A stretch of 63,879 nt of DNA, filler included, from Phoronis australis (Eukaryota; Animalia; Phoronida): assembly GCA_002633005.1 (NCBI GenBank). It is 8 parts of 8 records of this genome, joined end to end, with 100 filler letters (N's around TTAATTAATTAA, not from the genome) between each part and the next. Parts side by side here need not be neighbours in the genome. Positions count along the whole stretch, not along the records: positions 1 to 27,158 come from NMRA01000882.1; 7 more parts are not named here. One strand, given 5' to 3'. The notes below the pieces were generated by a model. The model had not been told where the DNA came from, searched no databases, and was given only the letters and a program-made list of their open reading frames with translations. Shown one piece after another: positions 1 through 13,513 of the stretch (its first letter is position 1; each line of letters begins with the position of its first letter). The position numbers were made by a program, and so were the translations under genes.

Positions 1-254
1 ATGAACTGATTTTTGAAATGTTTCTGGTTTTTAAGATTTTGATATTTCACTTACGTTCACTTATTTTAAGGAACTAGTGTATTTTAGGAAATGCATTTTA
101 TTTTCTGCAATTAATCACTGTTAATGAAATCTTAATAGAATTCCAGTTTGTTAAATCTTGATGAGAATCATTAAATTTGTTACTGTACTCCACCCTTGTT
201 TTAGTGAAAATCGAAATTTTTGAATGCCTGTCCTATTGAAACTTATTGCTTTTA

Positions 255-656
255 GAAAACTTTAGTTTCAAAAAGTTAGTTCCTTGAAAGCGGATGTTCG
301 GAAAACTTAGTTTCAAAAACTTAAGTTTTGATGACTTATGTTTTTTACTAAAAACTTGCTCCAAAATTTAACTTTTTCAAAAAGTTAAGTTTCTGAAACT
401 TAAGTTTTCCAAAATTTTAAGTAATTTGGAAAAAAATTTTGCCACAAACTTAAGTTTTTAAAATTTAAGTTTTCAGAAAACTTAAGTTTTTTAAAACTGA
501 AGCTTTTAGAATAAGTTTTTGAAATTTAAGTTATGAAAACTTAAGTTGGTTCCAAAAAACTTGTTCCAAAATACTAAGTTTTCAGCAAAAACTTAAGTTT
601 TCGCGAATCAAAACTTAAGTTTTTCGATGAAAACTTAATTTCATTTTGGTAAGGGT
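255..656. repeat. Array of degenerate palindromic AAACTTAAGTTT motifs, probably the end of a non-autonomous DNA transposon
   Basis: Many spaced copies of AAACTTAAGTTT-like palindromes. The array ends in TTCATTTTGGTAAGGG, where sequence shared with the large repeat module begins abruptly. Confidence 0.55.
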
Positions 657-2872
657 AGGGTTTGACGCAAACGCGGGCTGATACCGTCAAGTGAAATCCC
701 AGTCACTCTGTCTAACCTAAACACGACCAAACTTTAAAGAAACAATATAACAAGAAGAGAGTACAACACTAGAATACAGTTTACTATTTTTGCAATTCAC
801 ATGTGTTAGGTCGGCATAGTCAAACCTTAGAGAGACTACCTTCAAAAGGTAAAAGCCTATCATGCAAAAACGGCGATTAAACAAACTGGAGGATAAAATT
901 GAAATATTTGACGCTAGTTACTGAATAATGTTTAATGAAAGATTTTCAGCATGATGATGAAAGCATATACATTCATGCCCGGTGACAACACGTGCATCTC
1001 TGAATACTTTCAATTCAATAAATGCAAGTGGTAATGACAACTTGTGTTAATTAAAGTGTATGCAAATGACTATAAAGCATTGTGCCAGAAACCATTGACG
1101 CATCTCCATTGTAATCCGAAGTAAATGCTTAGGAAATGTCAGTCACTCAGCAAAACTCGATTATGTTATCAACGTGAATTTTGTTTTAGTTTCCTGCCAA
1201 ATGATGTAAAGGTTGGAAGACGGCATTTGGTTACAAGACTATCAATTGCAATGACAGAATTCATCAAATTGGCAGATGAGGATTCTGAGCGAGAACTGGA
1301 GAAGTCTTACGCAGACAGAGAGGAGAGTGGAGACGGGCATTAAACCGAAGTACCGGAAGAATCAGAAAATGAATTTGACTTCCAGTCAGCGAACTTTAAT
1401 CGGCTTTGTGCCGGCTCGGCCAACTTGCAGGAGAAATGATGCAGTCATAAGTGAGCCCCAATCAACTGAACCAAGGAATCGTCAACATTAACAAAACAAA
1501 CACTCAGTAATCAATGACGAGGGTTACAGTAAACCCGAGTAACTTGTGGTTGTCATGATAGAATGAGCACGGCGAGGCTAAAAAAAATTGGCCAAATCAC
1601 AATCAAGGTCCATATTCGGTGGCAAGTAACAAGCTTTATAAACAACATGTCCTATAAAAATTATATCATTATTTTGACCCTTCCCGTGAAAATATCAAGA
1701 AGTCTACTATCTGATATCTTCCCTATATCTATTTTGTGGTCTTCAAGGTACTTGAAAATGAGTACAACAGGAACAATATTTAATATACACATGCAATATG
1801 AACGATTGCGTCTGCAGTAACAATAGCTATTATGGAATATGGTCCCTATGTGTCTTATGTATTTCTATAACATTTTACATGATAAACTGCTTACGTTTGA
1901 CCTACATGTATTGATTTGGCACGTGTCAGAACTCAACTGTCTCCATCAACTTTCAACTACGACGACACTCAGTTCAAAAGTATCCTGCAGCTGCATGCCA
2001 CCAGGTCCTCTAGCAAATACGCTGACCATAGTAACTCATGGTATATGTATATAGGATATATTGACTTGCTTGATGACTACATGTACTAGAGAGTCCACTT
2101 AGATAAATCACGATACATCGGACAGATAGTGGCATCTTAACTGGCCTCTAGGTTCATCTATATAAATTAAGAGTAACTCATTATATATCGGATACATTGA
2201 CTTTTCTAATGCCCGTTAGGATCGCACATACAAAGCCTCCTATTTGTGGTGAATTTGGAAACATTTAATATACTGACCTCTTTACTTATCACCAAGAACA
2301 CATATAATATCGGATGCATCGATTCCCGTACTAGCCACTAGGATAGTACATGCTTTTTCAAGGCCCTATTTACAAAACATTATTTAACCAGTGCCACCAG
2401 TGGGTAAGGCTTCTAGTTCGAACTTACGCTATAACGGATACATTCTATGCATGTGTTTCTTAGGCTTGTGGCCGGTACGCCGCCTGTTGGTTTGATCGCA
2501 AAAACAAGGAACTCTTTAATGTACTCTGTCAGGGTACATGTATATCGGATATGTATATGCGTACACTGTAGATTATACAGGTCCATATCGATAACTTGTG
2601 ACCGATAGCTTTGGCTTGCAGCTAAATGTCAAGTCAAGTCAGGATATACATGTATCTGATACCGAGATGATTTATTGAATTGGACCGAGTTTTTAATTAC
2701 AGCACCACAATGTGATAGGACGCAAATGTTTTATGTAAACACGATTGATACGGAACAAGTTGAAACCATTTCGACACCTGCTTGAGAAGTAGAGTGAGTT
2801 GCACTCCATCAGTAACTCTGGAGAAAGACAGTGGTAACATACTTCAGAATTTGATTGGCACACTTATCTTAC

Positions 2873-2971
2873 CGTATTGGGAACTGTGGCATCGGCACCC
2901 TTTTTTAGAAGGAGTTCAACAACAGCTAACTGGCCACACGAAGACGCTTCGTGTAGGGGCGTGTCGCCTTT
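2873..2971 (-). CDS. Ankyrin-repeat exon A (99 nt, phase 0): [33 protein letters not shown]
   Basis: Manual reverse-strand translation gives the G-x-TPLH...G...VVELLL..GAD consensus. Acceptor TTGTTGTAG, donor GTAAGA, no stop. Confidence 0.9.
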
Positions 2972-4158
2972 CTACAACAAGCATTAAAAGCGACTGACAA
3001 ACCATCAAGATAATTACACCATTTCAATGTGTTTGGTGAACAATTCGTGTAAATGAAAACGAGAATGAACTAATTGAAGTCAAAATATCAAAGAATATTT
3101 TATCAAAAATAAAACTAAGTTCAACACGAAGCAGATATGATATCAAACATTATATGATTATTTTCATGCACATAGTAAAAGCAAAAGGAAAATATTTTGG
3201 AAGATTTTAACAACAATTTGGAAATCACGTGCTCAGGAAATAAAATCTGATAGGAAATAAAATCTGATCATATTATGGGAACCATGGTTTTGGTATCAAC
3301 GCACCTTTCCTTCTTTCTTAAACCTTAATAACGATATGTTCACGTGACTCAAATAATGAAAGATAAGTAAACGGTGAAAAATCCAATTCAGCAGTTCCCT
3401 TAATGAGACCCAAATGTGTGTGTAAACACGACTGATACGGAACAAGTTAAAACTATTTTGACACATGCTTGAGAAGTAGAGCGAGTTGCACTCCATCAGT
3501 AAGTCTGGAGAAAGACAGTGACAACGTACGTGTGTTACCGACCGACAAGTTATGGTTCGTAAAAAGAGAACAGTTCTGTGTTAGTCGACTTCAACGGATA
3601 ACTTATAGTGCATCATCAGAAATTAAAGGACTACGAACAAATTTGTTTTTATATCGACGATTTCAATTAAATGTTACTTTGAAGGAGCTTCATTAGAAAC
3701 AATTTTGACAGCCATATACGTGCGTATTTAGCGAATGCGCCAATAACGCGTCTTACTACCAATTTTTTTTTTTGCTCTAGTATTTCGCATGTAGGTATAA
3801 CTAATTTTCACTTGGTTGTTTTATGTCATGAGCCAATTATTTGTACTTTTCATTTTAAGCTAATATTGAGTTAAGAACACCACAGCGTCTATCGTTGTGA
3901 GTGTATAATCAGGCTCCAGTCATATTTATTTTTAGAAACTTGACTTTACAATTATGGACACCCAAATCCCACTACTAATCCTCACATTAACGACGCTTCA
4001 ACAAAGTTTCGAAATTTTTAAAAATTCGATGTAATTTCAGTGACAATAAGACAAAAAATGTACATTTTGACACTTGCTTGAGAGTTACACTCCATCAGTA
4101 AGTCTGGAGAAAGACAGTGATAACATACTTCAGAATTTGATTGGCACACTTATCTTAC

Positions 4159-4257
4159 CGTATTGGTAGCTGTGGCATCGGCACCCTTTTTTAGAAGGAG
4201 TTCAACAACCTCTAGCTCGCCAGACAAAGACGCAGAGTGCAGGGGCGTATCGCCTTC
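4159..4257 (-). CDS. Ankyrin-repeat exon B (99 nt): [33 protein letters not shown]
   Basis: Intact ankyrin consensus and donor GTAAGA. The acceptor is TTGTTGAAG (AAG rather than YAG, so weaker). Confidence 0.8.
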
Positions 4258-4835
4258 CTTCAACAAGCATTAAAAGCGATTGACAATCCATAAACATAAT
4301 TACACCATCTCCATGTGTTTGGTGAACTACAAGTGTAAATGAAAACGAGGTTGACCTAATTAAAATCAAAATGTCAAAGAATATTATCAAAACTAAAACT
4401 GAGTTCAACATGAAGCAGATATGATATAAAACATTATATGATTATTTTCATACACATAGTAAAAGCAAAAGGGAAATATTTTAGAAAATTGTAACCACAT
4501 TTTTGAAATTTTGTGCTCAAGATTGATAGGAAATAAAATCTAATCATATTATGGGAAATATGGTTTTGGTATCAACGCACCTTTCCTTCATTCTTCAATC
4601 TTAATAACGATATGTTCACGTGACTCAAATAATGAGAGATAAGTAAACGGTGAAAAATCCAATTCAGCAGTTCCCTTAATGAAACCCAAATGTGTGTGTA
4701 AACACGACTGATACGGAACAAGTTGAAACCAATTTGACACCTGATTGAGAAGTAGAGTGAGTTGCACTCCATCAGTAAGTCTGGAGAAAGACAGTGATAA
4801 CACACTTCAGAATTTGATTGGCACACTTATCTTAC

Positions 4836-4934
4836 CGTATTGGTAGCTGTGGCATCGGCACCCTTTTCTAGAAGGAGTTTAACAACATCTAGCTCGCCAT
4901 CCTTAGACGCGAAGTGCAGGGGCGTGTCGCCTTC
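4836..4934 (-). CDS. Ankyrin-repeat exon C (99 nt): [33 protein letters not shown]
   Basis: Intact ankyrin consensus, TAG acceptor, GTAAGA donor. Confidence 0.9.
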
Positions 4935-5058
4935 CTACAACAAGCATTAAAACGATTGACAAACCATAAATATAATTACACAATTTCAATGTGTTTGGTG
5001 AACAACTCGTGTAAATGAAAACGAGGTTGACCTAATTAAAATCAAAATGTCAAAGAAT

Positions 5059-5350
5059 NNNNNNNNNNNNNNNNNNNNNNNNNNNNNNNNNNNNNNNNNN
5101 NNNNNNNNNNNNNNNNNNNNNNNNNNNNNNNNNNNNNNNNNNNNNNNNNNNNNNNNNNNNNNNNNNNNNNNNNNNNNNNNNNNNNNNNNNNNNNNNNNNN
5201 NNNNNNNNNNNNNNNNNNNNNNNNNNNNNNNNNNNNNNNNNNNNNNNNNNNNNNNNNNNNNNNNNNNNNNNNNNNNNNNNNNNNNNNNNNNNNNNNNNNN
5301 NNNNNNNNNNNNNNNNNNNNNNNNNNNNNNNNNNNNNNNNNNNNNNNNNN
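5059..5350. other. Plain assembly gap (292 N) inside the ankyrin-exon array
   Basis: N run without the linker. Both flanks are short-unit intron sequence, so further exon copies may be hidden. Confidence 0.95.
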
Positions 5351-5406
5351 TCTGGAGAAAGACAGTGATAACATACTTCAGAATTTGATTGGCACACTTA
5401 TCTTAC

Positions 5407-5505
5407 CGTATTGGTTGCTGTGGCATCGACACCCTTTTTTAGAAGGATTTCAACAACATCTAGCTTGCCATACCTAGACGCAAAGTGCAGGGGCGTGTCG
5501 CCTTT
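5407..5505 (-). CDS. Ankyrin-repeat exon D (99 nt): KGDTPLHFASRYGKLDVVEILLKKGVDATATNT
   Basis: Intact ankyrin consensus, TAG acceptor, GTAAGA donor. Confidence 0.9.
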
Positions 5506-8500
5506 CTACAACAAGCATTAAAACGATTGACAAACCATAAATATAATTACACCATTTCAATGTGTTTGGTGAACAACTCGTGTAAATGAAAACGAGGTTG
5601 ACCTAACTGAAGTCAAAGTGCCAAAGAATATTATCAAAAATAAAACTGAGTTCAACATGAAGCAGATATGATATCAAACAGTATATGATTATTTTCATAC
5701 ACATAGTAAAAGCAAAATGGAAATATTTTAGAAAATTGTATCCACATTTTTGACGTTTCGTGTTCAAGATTGATAGGCAATAAAATCTGATCATATGATG
5801 AGAACCATTGTTTTGGTCAGCAGTTCCCTTAATAAAACCCTATATGTACAATAACAGTTTTGATGTCCACAGTTTTTAAGCATTATTCATAATACGAAAA
5901 ATGGTCTACATACAAAACCTTAACACAAGCATTGTGCACTGTGAGCAAAACAGACGCGGTACAGCATGGGAAGTAACAAGACACTAACACTTTTAAAACA
6001 GTGGTTTGTAATACAATCACGTGACTCGTCTTCAAGTCGCGGACAGGGGGGCGGTTGCTTGGAAACTTTCAGTACGGTGTACCGTAACATAGGTGTCAAT
6101 CCTCAGCACCTGAAGCACCATCAGGCAAAGTTTTTTTCGATTGTGTGCCAAACAAAAACCACAAAGTTACCCATAGCCGTTCTGGTGACACCTGATGGAC
6201 CGTCGGTTGACCAGAGTGATGCTGCCATGGGTTTACAATATCGATTGTTGTCGCGTCAGAACGTTGGTTTGCATCTTAACAATACATGTACCTGAATCAA
6301 ATATCAAGCGAAGCTCGGTCTAAACCCCGCCAACTGAATTCGGTCAACTTTTTGTCGCAGTGAGAATAGCCATCAAGAAACAATCTCTTGCGTTTCAGTA
6401 ATACACAATATGCACTCAGATTCCAAGTGACATTTATTTGACCACCTGAGCATACACCGTATGCAATATATTTATTGAACACATTGCAATGAACATTACT
6501 CCTAAAGAGGAACAACCAGAACGAACATTTGTAAGAGCAGAAACATGTAAACCATTGCAGATCAGTGGAATGCGACGCGTAACCAGGCACATGCTTCTAC
6601 ATGTATATCTGCTGTTTGTAAAATACGGACATTTTCCAACTGAGGTGGGTCCCATATGCCTGGTGTTACATTTGCTAGCGCGGGTAGATATCCTGTGTAT
6701 CAGTGGATGCGTTTTCTGTGCTTTGTAATTATTTAATTCAACGCAAGGTTGTAAATACTCTCAGATACAGTGCGATAAAGATATAAGAAAACCCAAGACA
6801 CATTGGCCAGTTCTTAGTTAATTTTAAGTTTGTATAAGGATGCCAATAAAATCTTTACTGACATCACACTTATTGTCTCAACTGTACAAAATGCTTCGGA
6901 TCTTTCTGACAATAGTCTGTTCCCACGACAATCTTAGTGTCTTTACCTGTAAGCAAGCCCCCTTAATAACCAACGAAATGTCCATGTGCATTATCAATAT
7001 TATGTTGCGGCCTGCAACGGAAATGTATCAGTAAAAGAACCGTTATTCCTACATTTGAAGAGCACACCAAAATTGAAATGTTAAACAAATTTAAGTAAAT
7101 TTTGACATGACGATGTGCCGTAGCACAGTTTCGCTGACTTGCGTACTTAATCTTATTGAGAAGCGTGGAATAAGCACCACTCCAAGCTACTTTGTGGTGC
7201 CACTCTACGGGAAGTATAAAAATCGGTTACTTACACAAGCACTGCCTCAGCAACTTTTGGATTGCCATGATCAACAGGATCGCATAAGAGCAGCAAGAAT
7301 CAGGGGAATTTTTCCATTCATGTGTTTCACGTATGTAGCCCTTATGCACTCCATTGTAAGTTCATGTATACATGTATATCTTTTGGATTAGTGCATGGTT
7401 GTAAGTCTTCATGTATTTTTGGGTCTAGGCTTTGCCGTAAACACGGGCTGATACCGTCAAGTGAAATCCCAGTCACTCTGGCTAAGCTGTGGACGGAAAT
7501 CATTAAACAAGACGAAACTTTTACTGATATTACATAACAAGAAGAGAGTACAACACTAGATTGCAGTTCGCTATTTTTGCATTTCACGTGTTTTAGGTCG
7601 GCATCGTCAAACCATAGAGATATTACAATCAAAGGTAAAAAAATATTAATGCAAAAACAACGATTATACCAACTGGAGGATAAAATTGACATATTTGACG
7701 CTAGTTACTGAAATATGTTAAACGAAATATTTTCAGCATGATCATGAAAGCATATACACTTATGCCCGGTGGCAACACGTGCATCTCTGAATACTTTCAA
7801 TTCAATAAATGCAAGTGGTACTGACAACTTGTGTTAATTAAAGTGTATGCAAACCTTATATAAACATTGTGCCAGAAACCATTGATGCATCTCCATTGTA
7901 AAACGAATCAATGTTTAGGAAAGGTCAGTCATTCAGCAAAACGCGATTACACTGCCCAACATGAATTTTCTTAGTTTCCTGCAAATGATGTGAAGGGTGG
8001 AAGACGGCATTTGGTTACAAGACAATCAAGTGCAATGAAAGAATACATCAAATTGGAAGAAGAGGATTTTGAGCGAGAACTGAACAAGTCTTAGGCAGAC
8101 AGAGAGGAGAGTGGAGACAAGCATTAAACCGAAGTACCGGAAGAATCAGAAAATGAATTTGACTTCCAGTCAGCGAACTTTATTCGGCTTTGGGGCCGGC
8201 TCGGACAACTTGCAGGAGAAATGATGCAGTCATATGTGAGCCCCAATCAACTGAACCAAGGAATGGTCAACATTAACAAAACAGACACTCAGTAATCAAT
8301 GACGAGGGTTACAGTAAACCCGAGTCACTTGTGGTTGTCATGATAGAATGAGCACGGCGAGGCTAAAAACGATCGTATCATATAACTGCAATATCTGGGT
8401 TGTTTTAAAGTAGCGTCTTACTAGGTTTGTAATGTAAAATATTTTTGCACAAGAACCACCGAATAAAATTCCATAGCCTAATGCATCACAGTTGTATAAA

Positions 8501-10490
8501 AGGGTTAGTACACTACAACATGTGGTCACAACTCACTTCTATCATGCAACAATACCTAAGGTTGCGGTTAATTGAATACGTTCTTGATCAGACGGAGGAA
8601 GTATCAAAAGTTTTTCTAGACGGTGACACATTGCATATCTTAACACAGTATAATTAGAACTTCTTCTTTTGCAATGTGATTCTTACAAAAAGAAAATAGT
8701 AAGTAGCTACTTTTTACAAAAACCTTATCGGTGGTATTTGCCCAGTTTGTAATACATTCATCAGTTGTTCAAATGGATTAGCAATGCTGGGCCCAGTGTT
8801 CAAATTGTGAACAGTAAAAAATGGTACTGTTGGGGGGTACGTACACTGCGCAGTCAATCAACGTGAAATTTGACTAAGTTACAAATGTATGGGATGGTCT
8901 CGAGTTTTGTGCTGCATCTACTAGTTTGTTTGTTACAAGTTGTCTTGAGAGGTAGAGAAAATTCCTCTGTAACATCAGTTGTCACATGACGTGTCTTCTA
9001 GGATGTTACTGGCTAACCCCTGTGTGTCATTTTATTGTCAGCGAACTTGACAATGTCTATGCTTTTTGTCATACTGGATGCATTTTGGAAATACCAGTAT
9101 TCAGTTCAAGAGAACCGCGGGTACGAAAAAACACATTAGGGCAATACTTTATAGTACACTACACGGGTTTACGTACAATGCACTTCAATGACTTGTCAGG
9201 TTAATAAAAATTCCTTAGATTATACTGAGAGTAAGTTCATTTACCAAATGTATTCAGAGAGAATAAATAAAAAGTACAGCATACACGTCCATTTCTGCCT
9301 GTCAATCTTTGAAAACAGGCACATGTTAAAATATAGGGGTAGTTGCACTACATAAATCCTAATATTTCACTCAAAACAAATGTATTTGTAAGTAACACGC
9401 TTTAACCTAGCTTTTTAATTGAGGAAGCTGTCTGTGACAAGTGTTGCTTACTTACCGTGTAATGTTTTTGCTTCATGGTATATGTTCATATCGGCGTACG
9501 TACACTACATGTCAATGACATGTCAGGTTTGTAACGAAATACTGAGAATCTATTGAGAGATAGCTGATTTACTAAGTCAATTAATTCAAAGAGGAAAAAA
9601 AAAAGCACACATATCTACCATACTTTGAAAATCAAAATAATCGGGTATGTAAGCTGCACAAATGCTAAAAATTCACTCAAAACAAATGTATTTGCAATAA
9701 ACACCCATTCAACCTAACATTTGAAGGAAGGACACTGTGTATAACCAATGCTGCTCACTTACCAATTTTAAGTTCATGGCATTTGTAAATATTGGGGTAC
9801 GTACATGTACACTACATCACCTTTTCTGCATCACATGGTAACACAATGCTGTATGACAATTTATTTTTCTTTGGTTTTAATAAGCACCATGTTGTTATTT
9901 AAAAGGCAATAATTTTATTTGAAATGACAATTTGTGTTAATGATTTCCACATGGGGGTACGTACACTACATTCTTATACTAGCCTTTTGGCCCATTTTCA
10001 GCAGAGCAGAACCCAGTCGATATCAAAACCTTTGGTTTGTTCAGATATTGAATAATTTGCTGTGTTGCCTAGGCTAACATATTCTACAGTTCATTTTAGT
10101 ACATAGTGTGTCTTTAACCTTCTTTTCAGTGAGAATTAAACAACATAATTGATAAATTGCGTAACGAGTACCTGTTTTATGATGAACCCTACCATTCCCC
10201 AATGATTAATCATAACTTCATCTAAGTGAATACGAAAGTGACTCAAATTGTTCCCAGCCGTATCAAAGCAATTGCTTACTTAATAAAATGCATTTCTATT
10301 CTGCTGTAGACAGTTAAAAATTGTAATTTTTAAAATGGCCACTCGTATCGCAAAAATGCATGAATTTCATAGATAAAAACATGCATACATTTCTCAAACA
10401 ATGTCCGATTTTTTATTTTCACAGCTATACAACTCTTTGCATGAGACTCGGTTGGCATTTGGTGAGTGTCCAACAATTTTATTTTTTGTC

Positions 10491-11238
10491 AACGGGTGAT
10501 TGGATTCACAAACTAGGCGTGATTAGAACGTTGGATTATCGAGCGAGAACCATCTCCAACACAGAGGAGGACATTGATTTTGACTTAGAACACAACAGAA
10601 CAGTGCTGAAAAGATGTGGGTACCCGAAGTGGTCTTTCCACAAGGCAAACCATGACAGAGTCAGGCCTCAGAACACGCAGCCGGACAATAGGGGAAACAT
10701 CAGGGTAACATTGCCTTTTGTGCCAGGGATCGCTGATCAGATCAAATCACATATGAGGGGACATGGCATTGCTGTTGTATTCAAACCTGTTAACACCATA
10801 AGGAGTCAATTGTTAAATGTGAAAGACAAAACCAACAAAGAGAAAACATCAAATGTGGTGTATGGTATTTCATGCTCGGAACTGGGGTGTGGAGCAGCAT
10901 ATATTGGGGAAACCAAACAAGCCCTGAAAAGTCGTTTCAACCAACTTTGGATGTCCAGTTATGGGGACTGCTATGATTCTGCAGTTTTTACTCACATGGC
11001 TTCCACAGACCATTCTTTCGCCATGGAAGATGTGAAGATCCTGGACAGAGAAGAAAATTGGTTTCGGAGAGGGGTCAAAGAAGCTATCTACGAGAGAATC
11101 GAGCATCCTAGCCTCAATAGACAGGGGCGCTGCGGTTTCACTTACCTAGGACATGAGATAGGGCTCTGAAGAGAATCCCGCAGAAACTGTACGACGGATC
11201 ACATGACAAGTCACGTGACAACTCAGTGGCCTGATGAA
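10491..11238 (+). mobile_element. 5'-truncated Penelope-like retroelement fragment (RT C-terminal region + GIY-YIG endonuclease)
   Basis: ORF 10360-11169 contains HKLGVIRTL..RA, CGYPKW, VTLPFVPG, NVVYGISC..CGAAYIGETKQ.L..R, SAVFTH, ILDREENWFRRGVKEAIY and PSLNR. It is frameshifted near the end. The first ~44 aa of the ORF are read-in from flanking repeat sequence (compare 18433 ff). Confidence 0.9.
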
Positions 11239-13414
11239 ATAAGTTCCCTACCATTTCCCCTAGTTGTCGTTTTATTGCTCAGGCACGTTCGCGCAACTTC
11301 CAGGTTGCCGAACAACGCGTTCAAAGAACTTGTGGCTACTGCAGTTACAGCAAATTTAGCTTTTGGTTCTTTAAGTAAACCATAAAAACTTAAAATGGAT
11401 AATTTTATGTTGAATCCACGTAAATAAAGAAACGGTGGTATCTTTCCTAATGTTAGCCCAACTACTTCACTTGTCTATAAGTGCCGGCGAAACGTGGTTA
11501 TGCAATGACCAGGACATATTTAAAACACATATTTTTAAACAAGCATCAGACACACTGTGTGTATCGGGGTATCGAAACATTGCAGGGTTCATTGCTTCAC
11601 CAAAGATGTCGCGGTGCTCAAACGAACGAAACCTTGTGTATGCAGTTGGTGGTCGACCTTAGTGCTCCACACTGTATAAAGGTTTGCGTTTAAAAGTCAC
11701 ATGAGTAATGCAAATTGTTTTCAAAACCGTGTGCTAAAGTTGTGGTCTCAACATATGAAATATTGACAAGGGACTTTGTTAGAATTGTTGTTGAAGCTCC
11801 ATGTACACGTACGATTCAATGTACGTTCGATAGTGAAAACACTGAGAATCGGGAGGTGCACGTGCAGGGTGGCACTCTCCTGGACTCTCGTGGGATTATT
11901 AAGAGACTTAGCCTGTAACTGTGTATTGACAAAAAATAACAGTCTCAAAGATATTTACTGCCCAATGAATATGACAAAAAACAGTGTTTGATAGTTTTGA
12001 AAGGAGATTTCACCGTGCTCACAACGAAAACACAATTCACACAAGGCATCAAAAATATGATGCTAGTTTTCAACCACATTGCCGAAGAAACTAATTGAAT
12101 TATAATACAACATGTAACCACTAAGACGGTTGTCATTATATCAGGTCATTCATTGAGGTTATAAAGTGTAACACGAATAAATATTTTAATAACAAACATT
12201 ACTCAAAAGGCGATTGCCTGTTTCACATATTTACCAAAGGAGTTTTATAACTTCCACCTTCTCCACAGAATACATTCATTGTAAATATGATGGGAAGTGT
12301 TATGTTTAAGAACTCAAAATCTCACAATTTGAAACCACCAAACTGCACTTCTCACTATATTGTTGAAGTTCCAGCAAACTCGTCAAAATCACTACGATTC
12401 ATTTTCCGTTTAAACATATAATAAATGTTTTGAATTATGACTTTGTCTCATCCTTTTCGAAAATAAGAAATCTTCTGTTCATTCGTTTGGGTTTTTGTGT
12501 TTTGTATAGTGTACACGCTGTTTTTGACGCGCTGTGTCTTGAATAATGTCGTGGTACCCAAAATAAGATTGTCGTGTGAGGGGTGAACCAAACTTATTGG
12601 GTGGGTCCAGACTATAGTGTTTACGTAATCTTTACTTTTGTGGTGAAGATCCACAAGACCACGCATTGTGATTTAGTCTTGTCACTTTTATCCCATTGTC
12701 AACTGTCGCATCAACATTTTTTGAGACGGAAATTCACAACTCGTACAGTGTAGTACTTTATTTGATTATGATCAAAAAATTGCAATTTCTAAAAAGACGA
12801 TGGGATTCGACACTTTTACATGGGCGGCGCAGCACTGAAAAAAGTGGGGGCAAAAGGGCCCAGACCCCTGTGGTGCACCGCAAATAGACCATGGGTGGCG
12901 GAACTTTGAAAAAGTGGGAGCTACAACACCCCAGCCACCCACGGGGCGGCGACCGTGAGATAAGTTGAGAATGGGAATAGCTATTGAAAAGGAGTGTAGG
13001 GAATATTTAGATAACCAAACATTCCATGCCGCCTGTTGGTTTGATCGCAAAAACAAGGAACTCTTTTATGTACTCTGTCAGGGTACATGTATATCGGATA
13101 GGTATATGCGTACACTCTAGATTATACAGGTCCATATCGATAACTTGTGATCGATAGCTTTGGCTTGCAGCTAAATCTTAAATCAAGTCAGAATATATCT
13201 GATACCGAAATGACATCTCGAATTGGACCGAGTTTGCTATTACCGCACCATATTTTGATAGGACGCAAATTTGTGCGTAAACACGATTGAGACGGAACAA
13301 GTTGAAACCATTTTGACACCTGCTTGCGAAGTAGAGTGAGTTGCAGTCCATCAGTAATACTGGAGAAAGACAGTGGTAAAATACTTAAGAATTTGATTGG
13401 CACACTTATCTTAC

Positions 13415-13513
13415 CGTATTGGGAGCTGTGGCATCGGCACCCTTTTTTAGAAGGAGTTCAACAACATCTAGCTTGCCACGCATAGACGCGAAGTGCAGGG
13501 GCGTGTCGCCTTT
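13415..13513 (-). CDS. Ankyrin-repeat exon E (99 nt): [33 protein letters not shown]
   Basis: Intact ankyrin consensus, TAG acceptor, GTAAGA donor. Confidence 0.9.

Noticed and set aside
2782-3130. Plus-strand protein-like frame with many TAA/TAG codons, suggesting an alternative genetic code
   Set aside because: It is the antisense shadow of the ankyrin exon. The recognised genes in the window use standard stops.
4202-4411. Recurrent ORF MLNSVLVLIIFFDIL... (also 13458 and 20787) as a membrane peptide family
   Set aside because: It is intron sequence running out of frame into the ankyrin exon. Recurrence reflects DNA duplication.
5042-5397. ORFs spanning the N gap
   Set aside because: Artefacts of translating N.
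11231-11495. Hammerhead ribozyme at the Penelope 3' end (CTGATGA at 11231)
   Set aside because: Only the first core box is present. There is no adjacent stem II and GAAA; the next CGAAAC is ~250 nt away. At best this is a truncated remnant.
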